Source: Limnothrix sp. BL-A-16
Lineage (GTDB): Bacteria; Cyanobacteriota; Cyanobacteriia; CACIAM-69d
Direction: 5' to 3'
NCBI GenBank assembly: GCA_041937175.2
Contig: CP166615.1
Coordinates: forward strand, 1,280,001-1,344,000
DNA length: 64,000 bases
The notes below the pieces were generated by a model that ran no database searches, was not told the origin of the DNA, and saw nothing but the letters and a program-made list of their open reading frames with translations. The position numbers and the translations under genes are program-made. Positions 10,406 to 20,640 of this stretch are shown in pieces (within the stretch, counting starts at the first letter, position 1; each line of letters starts with the position of its first letter).

Positions 10406-10836
10406 AACTAAGACTTTAGATTCCTTTCCTTGTTGCGGTTTTTGCGCCTAATCGACAACGGGAAGGACGGTTGGAGATCAAGCAACGCAAGCTTCTGAGC
10501 CAGAAAGCTTATGACAAACGTGCCAGCCGCGGCATACGTTTCCAGACTGATCAGTATACAGGTATTGGCGCGATCGCCCTAATGTTTTGCGCAATTTTCT
10601 GGAGCGCTGGCAATCACAGTGATCCAGAAACTCCACCGGAACCAGTCCCCGGCAATTGTGCGATCGAGCGGTGAGGTGGTCACCGGATTCCGGCAACTCT
10701 CGGGCTAGGATATGACAATTGCGAATGTCGGGCGATCGCCCTTGAGGGCCACGCCCCCGCGCCGATTTCCCATCATCCGGTTGCAAACTGCCCGATCGGA
10801 TTTGTTAACCAGGTTCCTTCTGAATCCCTTCCCCGC

Positions 10837-11214
10837 TTGCCCATGCAACAAGATCCACCCTCATTGCCCACGGAGGTGATTGTCACCCACCCTCGTGAGT
10901 CCCTCGGTGATGTGCAACTTGATTGGCATCCTCAGCCCGGCAGCTACTTGGACTTGGCCGGCAAGACCTATGCAGTCTTGGAACGACACCATCGCTATCA
11001 ACTGCGATCGGGTCGCTACCATCTCTACAAGATTGCGCTGCATGTGCAGGCGACCCAGCGCCCCTCGGAACAAAATTTCTTTGAAGGCCAATGGATCATT
11101 GGCGATCCGCGCTGTCGATTCAACGCGCGATCGGAACTGCTCCGTTGTGCCGTGAACCCGTCGGGCCCCTGTTTGGGCTGTCGTTCCTTTGAACTGATTC
11201 CCAAACGGGCCTAA
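10837..11214 (+). CDS. Conserved cyanobacterial protein (DUF6464-like) with a C-terminal Cys cluster
   Basis: VLERHHRYQL...IGDPRCRFNARSELLRCAVNPSGPCLGC. Confidence 0.8.
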   Translation: MPMQQDPPSLPTEVIVTHPRESLGDVQLDWHPQPGSYLDLAGKTYAVLERHHRYQLRSGRYHLYKIALHVQATQRPSEQNFFEGQWIIGDPRCRFNARSELLRCAVNPSGPCLGCRSFELIPKRA

Positions 11215-11305
11215 TTTTCCCAAACGGGCCTGATTGATGATGATCAGGCCCTATTGAGCCTAGCTGGGCCAATCCGACTCGGCCGCGCTGACTGGGCCTA
11301 AATCA

Positions 11306-11339
11306 TGGGGGGATCCCGTCAATTGGCGAGATCCCCCCA
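11306..11339. terminator. Hairpin between convergent genes
   Basis: TGGGGGGATC...GATCCCCCCA stem. Confidence 0.55.
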
Positions 11340-11375
11340 AAATGTTCAAGCGGCGGCCCAGACCAGGGCCCAGCC

Positions 11376-12050
11376 TTAAAACTCTAACTGCCGATCCCGA
11401 TCGCGGTAGAAATTCGGCTCCGACTCCGAACCACCTTGCATTCGAGCTTTGGCCTTAGCGGCACTGCGCTTCAGGGATTGCAGTCGCGATTCATATCGGC
11501 TGCGCAATTTTTTCTTGGGGGTTTGTTCGACCAGGGTTTTCAGGGCGCTACCCAAACTTTTATAGGCATTGGGCAAGGAATAGCCAAACCGAGCGGCTAG
11601 GGCGATCGCCTTTTCATCAGCCTCGATCGATTCTTTCAGTTGCCGATCGCTGTTGTTTTTCTGATAAAGCCGCCAGCCGGACACCCCACAAAGCCCCAAG
11701 GCCAACAGCAGCAACAGGCCGTCTTGCACCCACAGTTCACCCACCGCGCCGCCCAGCCCGATCGCCAGAGCCGCCATTTCCCAGCCGTCGCGCGGGATAG
11801 TGTCGTTTTGAATGCGGGCCACCTCGTGCCAGAACAGCAAATTACGCTGATCCTTCGCGAATTGCTCCCAGGCCACCAAATCCACCTGAATTTCCACCTG
11901 ATCCTTGCCGATTTCTTCGCAACGAATCAGGGGCGGATTCACGTCCATGGCCTTTTCAACGGTTACCCAGCTCTGTAGCTCAGGGGGCAACAGGCTTTTG
12001 AGTCGTCGAAGTTCGCTGAGATCCGATCGAGCTGTGGAAAACGAGGTCAT
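11376..12050 (-). CDS. DUF3318-family cyanobacterial membrane protein
   Basis: ELRRLKSLLPPELQSWV...LLFWHEVARIQ...GGAVGELW. Confidence 0.82.
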   Translation of the reverse strand: MTSFSTARSDLSELRRLKSLLPPELQSWVTVEKAMDVNPPLIRCEEIGKDQVEIQVDLVAWEQFAKDQRNLLFWHEVARIQNDTIPRDGWEMAALAIGLGGAVGELWVQDGLLLLLALGLCGVSGWRLYQKNNSDRQLKESIEADEKAIALAARFGYSLPNAYKSLGSALKTLVEQTPKKKLRSRYESRLQSLKRSAAKAKARMQGGSESEPNFYRDRDRQLEF

Positions 12051-12576
12051 TGCAACTGGTATCCAAACCGAAAAAGCACCGGAAACAACCCGAATCTAGC
12101 TGGGGAGAGCAACCCGCCCCGGCATCCGTCGATCAACTGTTCTAAGGTTCTGGGCAAGGTTCTGGACAATGGCGATCGCACCCTGGGCTTGTGGCTCCGT
12201 TTAATGGGAACTAATAGAAACCAAGCCATCGATCACTGGGGAACCTTGTCTGACTCTGGCTGATCAGGGGCCAATGTCAACTTGCGGAACAGTGCTCGTT
12301 GATTGGTGATCTTATCGGGTATTTGCAGTATATCGCGCCCCGTTTCCGGCTCCCGGTCGCCAATCACACATCTTCAGCGGTTCCAACGAGTTTCCACGAC
12401 GGTTCCACCACCGTGAACCAGGGTTCGTGATCGGCTGGGGTGTCCTGCTGGCAATCCCAACCACTCATCCTAACTGGCCAACTTTGATCAGCAGGTCTAG
12501 ATTGAGCCAGCCCTAATCAGCAAAAACGCCCTTGTGCCAAGCGACAAGAGCGTTCCCAATCAACAGGCAGCCAAAA

Positions 12577-12696
12577 TTACATCGACGAACCAAGACCGAC
12601 GTAAGCGCCATAGAAAAACAAACCGACAACACCGATGACACCAATACCGGCGATCGTGCCGACAACCCACAGGGGAATTCGTCCGCCTCCAGACAC
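12577..12696 (-). CDS. psbJ: Photosystem II protein PsbJ
   Basis: Manual translation from [50 protein letters not shown] upstream. Confidence 0.97.
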   Translation of the reverse strand: MSGGGRIPLWVVGTIAGIGVIGVVGLFFYGAYVGLGSSM

Positions 12697-12877
12697 AGCC
12701 GTGACCTCCTTAGTAAGGAAATAGGGTTTGATGAGGACGCGCCACTAGAGCGCATCGCACTGAGAGTTTCCCCAGCTCAGGGCTGGAGGATGTTGACCAT
12801 TCAACGGATGCTTCATCAACTCAGCAGCCAAGGTGTAGGCCAAAGGCTCAATCCCTATAGCGGCTCAGTTAAAAAGC

Positions 12878-12997
12878 CTAGTTGAAGAAATAGCTGGACA
12901 TCAAAATGCCAATCACGAAAATAAACAGCAGACCCAGATAGAGCGAAGTCCGGTTCAGCTCTACGGGTTGCTTGTTGGGGTTAGGGCTACGTTCCAC
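12878..12997 (-). CDS. psbL: Photosystem II protein PsbL
   Basis: Manual translation from [42 protein letters not shown]. Confidence 0.97.
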   Translation of the reverse strand: MERSPNPNKQPVELNRTSLYLGLLFIFVIGILMSSYFFN

Positions 12998-13009
12998 AGT
13001 GACAATCTC

Positions 13010-13144
13010 CTAGCGCTGAATGAACTGCATGGCCGCGATCGCGCCCAGGAAGAACACCGTCGGTACTGCCAGTGCGTGGACTGACAACCAACGAACGGTA
13101 AAAATCGGGTAAACAACGGGCTGGTTGGGATTCTGCGTCGCCAT
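13010..13144 (-). CDS. psbF: Cytochrome b559 beta subunit
   Basis: Manual translation: [44 protein letters not shown]. Confidence 0.98.
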   Translation of the reverse strand: MATQNPNQPVVYPIFTVRWLSVHALAVPTVFFLGAIAAMQFIQR

Positions 13145-13166
13145 GATTGTTAAAAACGCTCAATAA

Positions 13167-13418
13167 CTACTTCTGCAAGAACTGATCAATCTGAGTCTTA
13201 GCGCCTTGACGGATTTGCACGATCGGCACTTCGGTGCGCGTCTCGGTGAAGTATGCGTTGGGGCGGGGCGTTCCGAATGCGTCGTAGGCCAAGCCCGTGC
13301 TGACAAACAACCAACCAGCGATAAACAGAGCCGGGATGGTGATGCTGTGGATGACCCAATAGCGGATGCTCGTTACGATGTCCGAAAACGGACGCTCACC
13401 AGTTGATCCAGATGACAT
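13167..13418 (-). CDS. psbE: Cytochrome b559 alpha subunit
   Basis: [29 protein letters not shown]. Confidence 0.99.
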   Translation of the reverse strand: MSSGSTGERPFSDIVTSIRYWVIHSITIPALFIAGWLFVSTGLAYDAFGTPRPNAYFTETRTEVPIVQIRQGAKTQIDQFLQK

Positions 13419-13745
13419 AGTCTCTTTAGTCTTCTCTCAATGGAAAATTAAACAAGAACTAGCGGCTTGCCCAATCATGCAACCCGGAAATTGCTGAGTT
13501 TTGGGAACTTCAGCGACGGCCGGAGAATGGGCAATTGCTGGTTTCCATGATACAGAACGGGGGAAAAACTCCACAAGCCAATCCTGGGCGATCGAGCTTT
13601 TTGCGAGGGGCGGCGGGGATCGGGCGATCGCTGGGGATGCGTCTCGCGATTGTCATGAACCGGCGACTGATCCACCAGCGATCGAGCACCAACAACGATC
13701 CTGACCGCAACTCACCGAAAATCGATGGGCAAAGCCGCGATCGCC

Positions 13746-14777
13746 TTAGCTGGCAGCCGGAACTGCGGCATTGAGCTTGGCTGTGTCATAGCGCAAGATT
13801 ACGCCGCTTTGGCCCAGCACAAAGCCCTGATCCTGCCCAAAGAACAGAATTCGGTAGAAATTGGAGGGCACATCGCCGACGGCGCGATCCTTCTGCCAGG
13901 TTTTGCCGCCGTCATAGCTGACGAGCAAGTCGCCGCTCCCCCCAGTAATCCACAGCTCCTGATCATTGCGATAGGCCAAGTCCAGCAGCCCCAGGCTGTT
14001 GCGCAGTTCGGGGCTGGTGGTGGCGGCCCAGGTTTCCACATCGGTGGGGCTGCTGAATTGCACCTGGCCCCCGCGTGCGAGAGACCACAGGCGATCGTCA
14101 GGGCCAAAGCCCATATTTTGCAGACGGCGCGAGCTGTTGCGGTTGTGTTGCTGCCAAGCTTCATCGCCGGGAGTCCAGGTGGAGTAGTAGCTCCCCCGTG
14201 AGGAAACGGAGACATATTTACCGCTGCTCGATCGGGAAACATTGCGCACCACCCCGATCGACTCTTGCACCATGGCTTTCCAGTTGCGGCCGCCATCCGT
14301 GGTGCGGTAAATGGCTCCCAAGTCGGTCATCATTTCGGCTTGCTGGGATCCCAGAGCCACAATCAAGCGTGGATCGCCGGGCAGTTGGTTGCTGAGGGGA
14401 ATTTCCGACCAGGTTTTACCCTCATCGGTAGTGTGCAGCAGGATAGCGGGCTTACCCACAATCCAGCCCTCGTTGCCCGAGAAACTGACGGATTCCAGGT
14501 TATAGGGCGAGTCACCCAAATCCAGGGACTTATCGGCCCAGGTTTTACCGCCGTCGGTGGTTTCCAGGATGGTGGCCCCTTTACCCACCATCCAGCCATG
14601 GGGCCCCTTGCCCACCAGGGTCACATCCAACATGGTTTGTTCGGTGGGCAGGTTAATCACCTCCCAGGGGTTGGCCGCTACGGAGTCAATTTTGCGAGCG
14701 GTGCAGCCCACACAAAGCAGGGCCGCCAACAGGACAGGCAATAATTTGGGGAATAGATTACGAAGCCAGTGGGTCAT
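13746..14777 (-). CDS. ycf48: PSII assembly factor Ycf48/HCF136
   Basis: BNR repeats (TTDGGKTW), SSRRLQNMGF, lipobox-like CVGC; conserved position between rubA and psbE. Confidence 0.96.
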   Translation of the reverse strand: MTHWLRNLFPKLLPVLLAALLCVGCTARKIDSVAANPWEVINLPTEQTMLDVTLVGKGPHGWMVGKGATILETTDGGKTWADKSLDLGDSPYNLESVSFSGNEGWIVGKPAILLHTTDEGKTWSEIPLSNQLPGDPRLIVALGSQQAEMMTDLGAIYRTTDGGRNWKAMVQESIGVVRNVSRSSSGKYVSVSSRGSYYSTWTPGDEAWQQHNRNSSRRLQNMGFGPDDRLWSLARGGQVQFSSPTDVETWAATTSPELRNSLGLLDLAYRNDQELWITGGSGDLLVSYDGGKTWQKDRAVGDVPSNFYRILFFGQDQGFVLGQSGVILRYDTAKLNAAVPAAS

Positions 14778-14872
14778 GGGATGAATGGGATGATGAAGTG
14801 ACCGGAATCGAGAGTTTCGGTGCGGTCTGAAAGGGGTGCTCAGCGGGAATTAGCCAAGGGAACTGCCTTGGG

Positions 14873-15277
14873 CTAATTCAGACCATAAAAGCTCAGGAGC
14901 AACAGAATTCCCAGGCCCAAAACGCTGAAAATGAGGACGTTTTTTGCACCGGGAGTGAGGGTGTTAACCCCAATGCCGTAGCCGAGGTTTTCGTCAAATC
15001 CGGAGGCTTTGCCGGCGGGGCCGATGCTTTTGAATTGATATTTTTTCACGCCACAAACGGGACAGCGCCAATTTTCAGGCAGGGTCTCGAAGGGGGTGTT
15101 GGGGGCCACGTTCCGACGCTCATCCCCCTTGGCGGGTTCGTAGACATAGCCACAGGAGCGGCATTCATAGCGATCGGGCGGGGCGGGGGCGGCCGGTTCC
15201 GAGGAGGTGGCCTCGATCGCGCTGGAGTCGGCAGCCGCGATCGGTTCGATCGGTGAGTCCTCTGGTGGATGAGTCAT
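14873..15277 (-). CDS. rubA: Membrane-anchored rubredoxin A
   Basis: YECRSCGYVY...WRCPVCG plus a C-terminal TM helix; upstream of ycf48. Confidence 0.96.
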   Translation of the reverse strand: MTHPPEDSPIEPIAAADSSAIEATSSEPAAPAPPDRYECRSCGYVYEPAKGDERRNVAPNTPFETLPENWRCPVCGVKKYQFKSIGPAGKASGFDENLGYGIGVNTLTPGAKNVLIFSVLGLGILLLLSFYGLN

Positions 15278-15703
15278 GGGTTGCGACAGGAAGCGTGAAG
15301 ATCGAAACGGCGGGAATTCAACCGAGCCGATCGAGGTCAGGACTCGATCGGGTTTAGCCCCACAGAGCCGGGCACAGGCCCATGCTCCGCCACCGTTAAC
15401 CTGGGCTAGTTAACGTGGGCTAATTACTGGGATTAAAAGATTGTCTTAACGATTATCGCACAGGCGCGATCGCCCCTCTGGTCTAGGCTCTGGGGCGATC
15501 GGCCCTGCGCAAAATTCTCGAAAAAGCCATCAAATCCCCAGCATCCAAAGTTTTCATCGATTCGTTCATGTCAGAATAATGAGCGCCAGCTTCCAGCAAG
15601 TGATGGCCAGCCCTTCGGTTGGCAGACCCTGGGTGAATCCGACCCAGGTTGGGAAAAAAGGCGCTGATCCCCGCTTTAGAGTTCTCCAGCAGTACCCCCA
15701 GAT

Positions 15704-16066
15704 ATGTTTACGCTGAGTGGCTATGAATACTTTCTAGGCTTCCTGCTGCTTTGCGGCATTGTGCCTGTGCTTGCCCTTGGTGCTTCTGCCGTTGTGCGCC
15801 CCAAGCGTCCTGGCAAGGAACGGCGCACGACCTACGAATCAGGGATGGAGCCGATCGGCGGAGCTTGGATTCAGTTCAATATCCGTTACTACATGTTTGC
15901 ACTGGTTTTCGTGGTCTTTGACGTGGAAACCGTGTTTCTATACCCCTGGGCGGTGGCCTTTAGCCGCTTGGGTCTGTTGGCTTTCATTGAGGCCCTGGTC
16001 TTCATTGCCATCCTGGTCATTGCCCTTGTTTATGCCTGGCGCAAAGGAGCGTTGGAATGGTCGTAA
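15704..16066 (+). CDS. ndhC: NDH-1 subunit 3
   Basis: TTYESGMEP...[12 protein letters not shown]...WRKGALEWS. Confidence 0.98.
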   Translation: MFTLSGYEYFLGFLLLCGIVPVLALGASAVVRPKRPGKERRTTYESGMEPIGGAWIQFNIRYYMFALVFVVFDVETVFLYPWAVAFSRLGLLAFIEALVFIAILVIALVYAWRKGALEWS

Positions 16067-16764
16067 CGCCGAACCCTAACCCGATCGAGTCCGTGGGTCG
16101 TCCGCAGGTCACGCAAGATCTGTCGGAAAACGTGATTTTGACCACGGTGGATGACCTCTACAACTGGGCGAAGTTGTCGAGTTTGTGGCCGATGCTCTAT
16201 GGCACGGCCTGTTGCTTCATTGAATTTGCGGCCCTGATTGGCTCCCGTTTTGACTTTGACCGCTTTGGACTGGTGCCCCGTTCCAGCCCGCGCCAGGCAG
16301 ATCTGTTGATCACCGCCGGAACGATCACCATGAAAATGGCTCCGGCCCTGGTGCGCTTGTATGAGCAAATGCCAGAGCCGAAATATGTGATTGCCATGGG
16401 GGCTTGCACGATCACGGGTGGCATGTTCAGCGTGGACTCACCTTCGGCCGTGCGTGGTGTGGATAAGTTGATTCCGGTGGATGTGTATTTGCCCGGTTGC
16501 CCGCCTCGCCCGGAAGCGATCGTGGATGCAATTATCAAGCTGCGCAAAAAGGTGGCCAATGAGTCGCTGGCGGAGCGCGGAGCCACGGCCCAAACCAACC
16601 GCTACTACACGATCGACCACCAAATGAAGCCGACTTCGCCGATTTTGACCGGTCGCTATTTGCAAGAGCCGGGCCGACAAGCCCCGCCCAAGAGCCTGAC
16701 CGACGCGATCGGGCTGCCCGTGCCGCCCGCGCTGTTGACCGATCGGGCCAAACAGGAAGCTTAG
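16057..16764 (+). CDS. ndhK: NDH-1 subunit K
   Basis: GTACCFIEF...GACTITGG...PGCPPRPE. Confidence 0.98.
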   Translation: MVVTPNPNPIESVGRPQVTQDLSENVILTTVDDLYNWAKLSSLWPMLYGTACCFIEFAALIGSRFDFDRFGLVPRSSPRQADLLITAGTITMKMAPALVRLYEQMPEPKYVIAMGACTITGGMFSVDSPSAVRGVDKLIPVDVYLPGCPPRPEAIVDAIIKLRKKVANESLAERGATAQTNRYYTIDHQMKPTSPILTGRYLQEPGRQAPPKSLTDAIGLPVPPALLTDRAKQEA

Positions 16765-16776
16765 GAGACGCAACGC

Positions 16777-17310
16777 ATGGCCGACGAAACCCAACCCACC
16801 GATCTCGCCACCAACGAAGCCGGTGCGATCGCCCTCAAAGGGGACATTTCCCAATGGCTGACCAGCAATGGTTTCGGTAACGAGCTGCTGGAAATCGATG
16901 ATTTGGGCGTGGAAGTGATCAAGGTCGATCGGGACAAATGGCTCCCGATCGCCACCGCCCTCTACGCCTACGGGTTTAATTACCTCCAGTGTCAGTGCGC
17001 CTACGACCTGGGCCCCGGTGAAGACCTCGTGAGTCTCTATCACCTGGTGCAGGTGGCCGACAACGTGACCAAGCCCAAGGAAGTGCGCGTCAAGGTGTTC
17101 CTGCCGCGTGCCAACCCAACCGTAGCCTCGGTTTATTGGATCTGGAAGGGCGCTGACTGGCAAGAACGCGAAGCCTACGATATGTACGGCATTGTCTACG
17201 AAGGTCACCCAAGCCTGAAGCGGATTCTGATGCCAGAAGATTGGGTGGGCTGGCCCTTGCGCAAGGACTATATCTCGCCGGACTTCTACGAACTTCAGGA
17301 TGCCTATTAG
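16777..17310 (+). CDS. ndhJ: NDH-1 subunit J
   Basis: [14 protein letters not shown]...GWPLRKDY. Confidence 0.98.
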   Translation: MADETQPTDLATNEAGAIALKGDISQWLTSNGFGNELLEIDDLGVEVIKVDRDKWLPIATALYAYGFNYLQCQCAYDLGPGEDLVSLYHLVQVADNVTKPKEVRVKVFLPRANPTVASVYWIWKGADWQEREAYDMYGIVYEGHPSLKRILMPEDWVGWPLRKDYISPDFYELQDAY

Positions 17311-17443
17311 GCCCTCCCCAGTTCGGCATCATCAGCAAATGTAGTAGGCATGGGTTTCTGGCGGGGGAGTCAACCTCAAAGCCTAGTGGCATAGCAAAAA
17401 CACTAGGTTGTATGTCGAGACCAGTCGCCGTAGACAAGGTAGA

Positions 17444-17463
17444 CAAGGGGCTTAAGCCCCTTG
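17444..17463. repeat. Stand-alone 20-bp palindrome CAAGGGGCTTAAGCCCCTTG (dispersed repeat)
   Basis: Perfect palindrome; the same motif occurs at about 23494, 25066, 28810, 37809 and 48186, with a variant at 51701. Confidence 0.85.
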
Positions 17464-17477
17464 CCCCTAACGATACT

Positions 17478-17518
17478 CAAAGCCCTCGGATCGATCAAAT
17501 CGCGATCCGAGGGCTTTG
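17478..17518. terminator. 16-bp-stem hairpin between ndhJ and the convergent rodZ-like gene
   Basis: CAAAGCCCTCGGATCG - 9 nt loop - CGATCCGAGGGCTTTG. Confidence 0.6.
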
Positions 17519-17593
17519 CGACATGCGGGGAACAGCCAAAAGGTTTGAAACACTCGCTAACCGGCTACAAAAGAGCCACGCAAGTTGAACCGG

Positions 17594-18811
17594 CTAGTTG
17601 GGCAAGCTGTTGCGATTTGCGCCGTCCCGCGCTTGATTTTGATTGGTTGCCGGAGTGCCACCGCGCTGGCTATTGGGGCGATTGTTCGATCGCCCCGGAG
17701 CCTGGCCCGCGCCAGGTGTGCCAAAGCGAGCCGACTGCACCGCTCCGGTGTTACCCAGCTTGCGTTCCGTGCCCTCGTTGTAGCTCAGGAATGTTCCCCC
17801 CGCATTGCCCGTCACCACCACCACATTGCGCTGACCCGTAACCAAACGCTGGGTTCCTTCGGGCAAGACCCCTTCATAGGTCACCTTGCCATCGGTCAAA
17901 ATCCGCACCCAAGAGCGGGCTGTGAGCCGCACGTTCACTCGCACCGGGGCGATCGGGGACAGGTTCAACCGCTGCGGAAAGCGAATTTGGCTAGCAATCC
18001 CCTGAGCTACCAACACCCCGTCACCGCCACTGGCCAGGGCTGGAACGGGCGATCGCGCAGGACTACTAGGACTACTGGTCGCGGCAGGGCGGGGTGACTG
18101 GGCTGCCGTGCGTCTCGGCGAAGGCGTGGGGGTCGTGGCACGAGGACTCGTGGTGGGCTTCGGTGTGGCGGAAACCGTAGGAGTCGGGCTGGGTGAAGGG
18201 CTGGGGCTAGGAGTCGGTGATGGGCTAGGACTAGGAGTCGGCGATGGGCTAGGCGAAGGCGTGGGGCTAGGTGAAGGGCTAGCGGCCGCCGTCGGGCGAG
18301 CTGGGGTACTGGGGCTGGCGGTCGATCGGGGAGTAGGCGTAACCACCGGGCTGGGCGAAGCAACCGGCGGCTGCACAATCACCGTGCTGGGGGCCGGCTG
18401 GCTTTGGCGCAACAGGGCCGACAGACCCAACACCGACGCAATCAGGACACCGATATACAGCATCACCAAATGGGCCGGCTTGAGCTGGGGAGCAGGAATT
18501 ACCGACAGCACCCGCTGAGAGCGCACGGGGACTATGCCATTTTGCAGCGGATATTCCTGGGCAATTTCGGAGCCATCCAACCCCAAAGCCGTGGCGTACT
18601 TGGCAATAAACCCGCGCACATAAACCGGCTCGGGCAGCGAGGACGAATCGGCCGCCTCAAGTGCTTGCAGGATACGACGTTGAATTTTGGTGGTTGCCGC
18701 GACGGACTCGATCGTTAAGCCTTGGCTTTCGCGACATTCCCGCAGTCGAGTGCCGATTTCAACAAGGCGCTCAACTTGGGGCGAGTCAGCAGGCATCGTG
18801 CTGTCGTTCAT
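17594..18811 (-). CDS. RodZ-like protein (N-terminal HTH, TM helix, Pro/Ser/Thr linker, DUF4115)
   Basis: GTRLRECRE...LPEPVYVRGFIAKYA; one TM helix; SWVRILTDGK...GNAGG; PSPSPT repeats. Confidence 0.88.
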   Translation of the reverse strand: MNDSTMPADSPQVERLVEIGTRLRECRESQGLTIESVAATTKIQRRILQALEAADSSSLPEPVYVRGFIAKYATALGLDGSEIAQEYPLQNGIVPVRSQRVLSVIPAPQLKPAHLVMLYIGVLIASVLGLSALLRQSQPAPSTVIVQPPVASPSPVVTPTPRSTASPSTPARPTAAASPSPSPTPSPSPSPTPSPSPSPTPSPSPSPSPTPTVSATPKPTTSPRATTPTPSPRRTAAQSPRPAATSSPSSPARSPVPALASGGDGVLVAQGIASQIRFPQRLNLSPIAPVRVNVRLTARSWVRILTDGKVTYEGVLPEGTQRLVTGQRNVVVVTGNAGGTFLSYNEGTERKLGNTGAVQSARFGTPGAGQAPGRSNNRPNSQRGGTPATNQNQARDGANRNSLPN

Positions 18812-19138
18812 ATCCTTGTGGCTGCTGCGGTGCGTGATGCGGCGGAACGGGGAGGAGTTGGAAGATTGTACCGAGAGTTGGGGAGACGAAGACTCGTGAC
18901 TATCCTAGCGACCGAGAGGCCATCTTGCGAAGGTTTAGACAACCACCATCAGAATTTTGAGATCAGATTTTTGAAGTCAGAATCTTGAGGATGGTATTTG
19001 GGTCTGAGATTAGGATTGTCCCATGGGCTGGGTCTTGACCGATACCGCTCGCGACGCTTTTGGGAATTCAAGGGGAATTCCGGTAATCATGATGATTAAT
19101 GATCATGATCAATCAACGGGGAATGAGTCGAACTGGGA

Positions 19139-20023
19139 TTAACGGGCTGATCCTAAGCCGGCCTGGCGGCGCAACTGCTGAATTTCAGCGGCTGTCAGGT
19201 GTCGATGAGTGCCGATGGGCAGCTCTTGCCCCTGTTTTGATTTCAGGGTGAGCGAACCAATAGCAATACGGTGCAACTTTATCACCGGATGACCGAATAA
19301 TTCGGCCATGCGTCGAATTTGCCGATTTCGACCCTCTCTCAGAATGATTTCTAATTCCGTGCGATCGCCCTGGGGATGATCCTTGCGCCCTTGCACCTCG
19401 CGGACTTGGGCCGGCATTGTTGGCCGGCCATCCAAGAAGATGCCCTGTCGCCATTGCGCCAAAATATGGGCGCTGGGTTGGCCCTGCACCCACACGCGAT
19501 AGGTTTTGGGTTGGTGAAACCGGGGGTGGGTGAGGGCGTGGGTCAGTTCCCCATCGTTGGTTAACAGCAAGGCCCCGGTGGAATCCCAATCCAAGCGACC
19601 CACGGGGTGCAGTCCCGTTTGTTCAACAAGCGATCGGGGCAATAAATCCAATACGGTTCGCCGCTGCCGATCGTCTGCACAAGCCGACAGCACCCGGGCG
19701 GGCTTATTCAACAGTAGATAGATCAGTGCGGGGCGATCGACTGGACGAACGGGCCGACCATCCACCTCAATTTGATCCACCTCGGGATTGACCACACAGC
19801 CCAATTGCGCCACCTGGCCGTTGACCCGCACTCGCCCTTCCGTAATCCAAATTTCCGCATGGCGACGGGAGGCCAGTCCCCATTGGGCCAGCACCTTTTG
19901 CAACCGTTGCCCCACTGGAGGTGTGATGGCTTGAGGGGTAACCGTTACGGCTGGGGCGATCGGCTGGGTCAAGTCAGAGGCGGACGATCGGGCAGAGACA
20001 GGAGGACGGCGGCGGCGACTCAC
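19139..20023 (-). CDS. rRNA pseudouridine synthase (RsuA/RluB family) with S4 domain
   Basis: RLQKVLAQWGLASRR, HPVGRLDWDSTG, EGRNRQIRRM. Start placed at GTG 20023, which overlaps the upstream TGA (GTGA); the ORF track extends to 20104. Confidence 0.92.
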   Translation of the reverse strand: MSRRRRPPVSARSSASDLTQPIAPAVTVTPQAITPPVGQRLQKVLAQWGLASRRHAEIWITEGRVRVNGQVAQLGCVVNPEVDQIEVDGRPVRPVDRPALIYLLLNKPARVLSACADDRQRRTVLDLLPRSLVEQTGLHPVGRLDWDSTGALLLTNDGELTHALTHPRFHQPKTYRVWVQGQPSAHILAQWRQGIFLDGRPTMPAQVREVQGRKDHPQGDRTELEIILREGRNRQIRRMAELFGHPVIKLHRIAIGSLTLKSKQGQELPIGTHRHLTAAEIQQLRRQAGLGSAR

Positions 20024-20346
20024 GGGCGGACTGCTGGGGTTGGGGTCGGCGATGGGGTGGGCGATGGGGTCGGTTCGCAACCCATCGTATGGCCCCGCAG
20101 CCAATCCAGCGCCCCTTGAGGACTCGGAATGGTATTAGTTTCCAGGGTGGCGATCGTCCAAGGATCGTCGAATTTCTGCTGCGATCGCCCCAAGGAGACC
20201 CCAAACCAGCGCCCGGAAACCGTCGCCTGGGTGCAAGCTGTCGTTTGGGGAATTTTGGCCGTGGTGCTCGATCGCGGTAGCAACAGAAGCTGCAAGCCAA
20301 CCACGGTCATTAGGGTGGTGATCGCAAGGTTGAGATTGTTTCGCAT
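20020..20346 (-). CDS. Putative small secreted protein
   Basis: Signal-like N-terminus, two Cys, PTPSPTPS tail; stop overlaps the probable start of the next gene. Confidence 0.5.
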   Translation of the reverse strand: MRNNLNLAITTLMTVVGLQLLLLPRSSTTAKIPQTTACTQATVSGRWFGVSLGRSQQKFDDPWTIATLETNTIPSPQGALDWLRGHTMGCEPTPSPTPSPTPTPAVRP

Positions 20347-20640
20347 GTCGATCGCACCTCAAAACGCAAGACTCCAACGCAGCCCAGCCACTGGGTAACC
20401 GTCGGTTAGCCTAAGGCCGCCAGATGTCAGGGGGTTGTCACTGGCATGTCAGACGGCGTTTTAATACTTTCAGCAGATTCTGATTTCCAGAAGATACAGG
20501 GATTGATTCGGTTCCCGTGCGATCGATTTAACAGGATGGTTGCGATCGAGATCGGTTGTGTCAGATGCGATCGATCGGGCCCCAACCGTCCACACCGGCC
20601 CAAGCCCCTATAATCTGAAAGCCAATCCTTCCGTTGAACC

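Noticed and set aside
12513..12885. ORF-track 80-aa and 117-aa ORFs
   Set aside because: They overlap the real psbJ in other frames or on the other strand.
18100..18300. PSPSPT repeats in the RodZ-like gene as a special element
   Set aside because: Ordinary Pro/Ser/Thr periplasmic linker.
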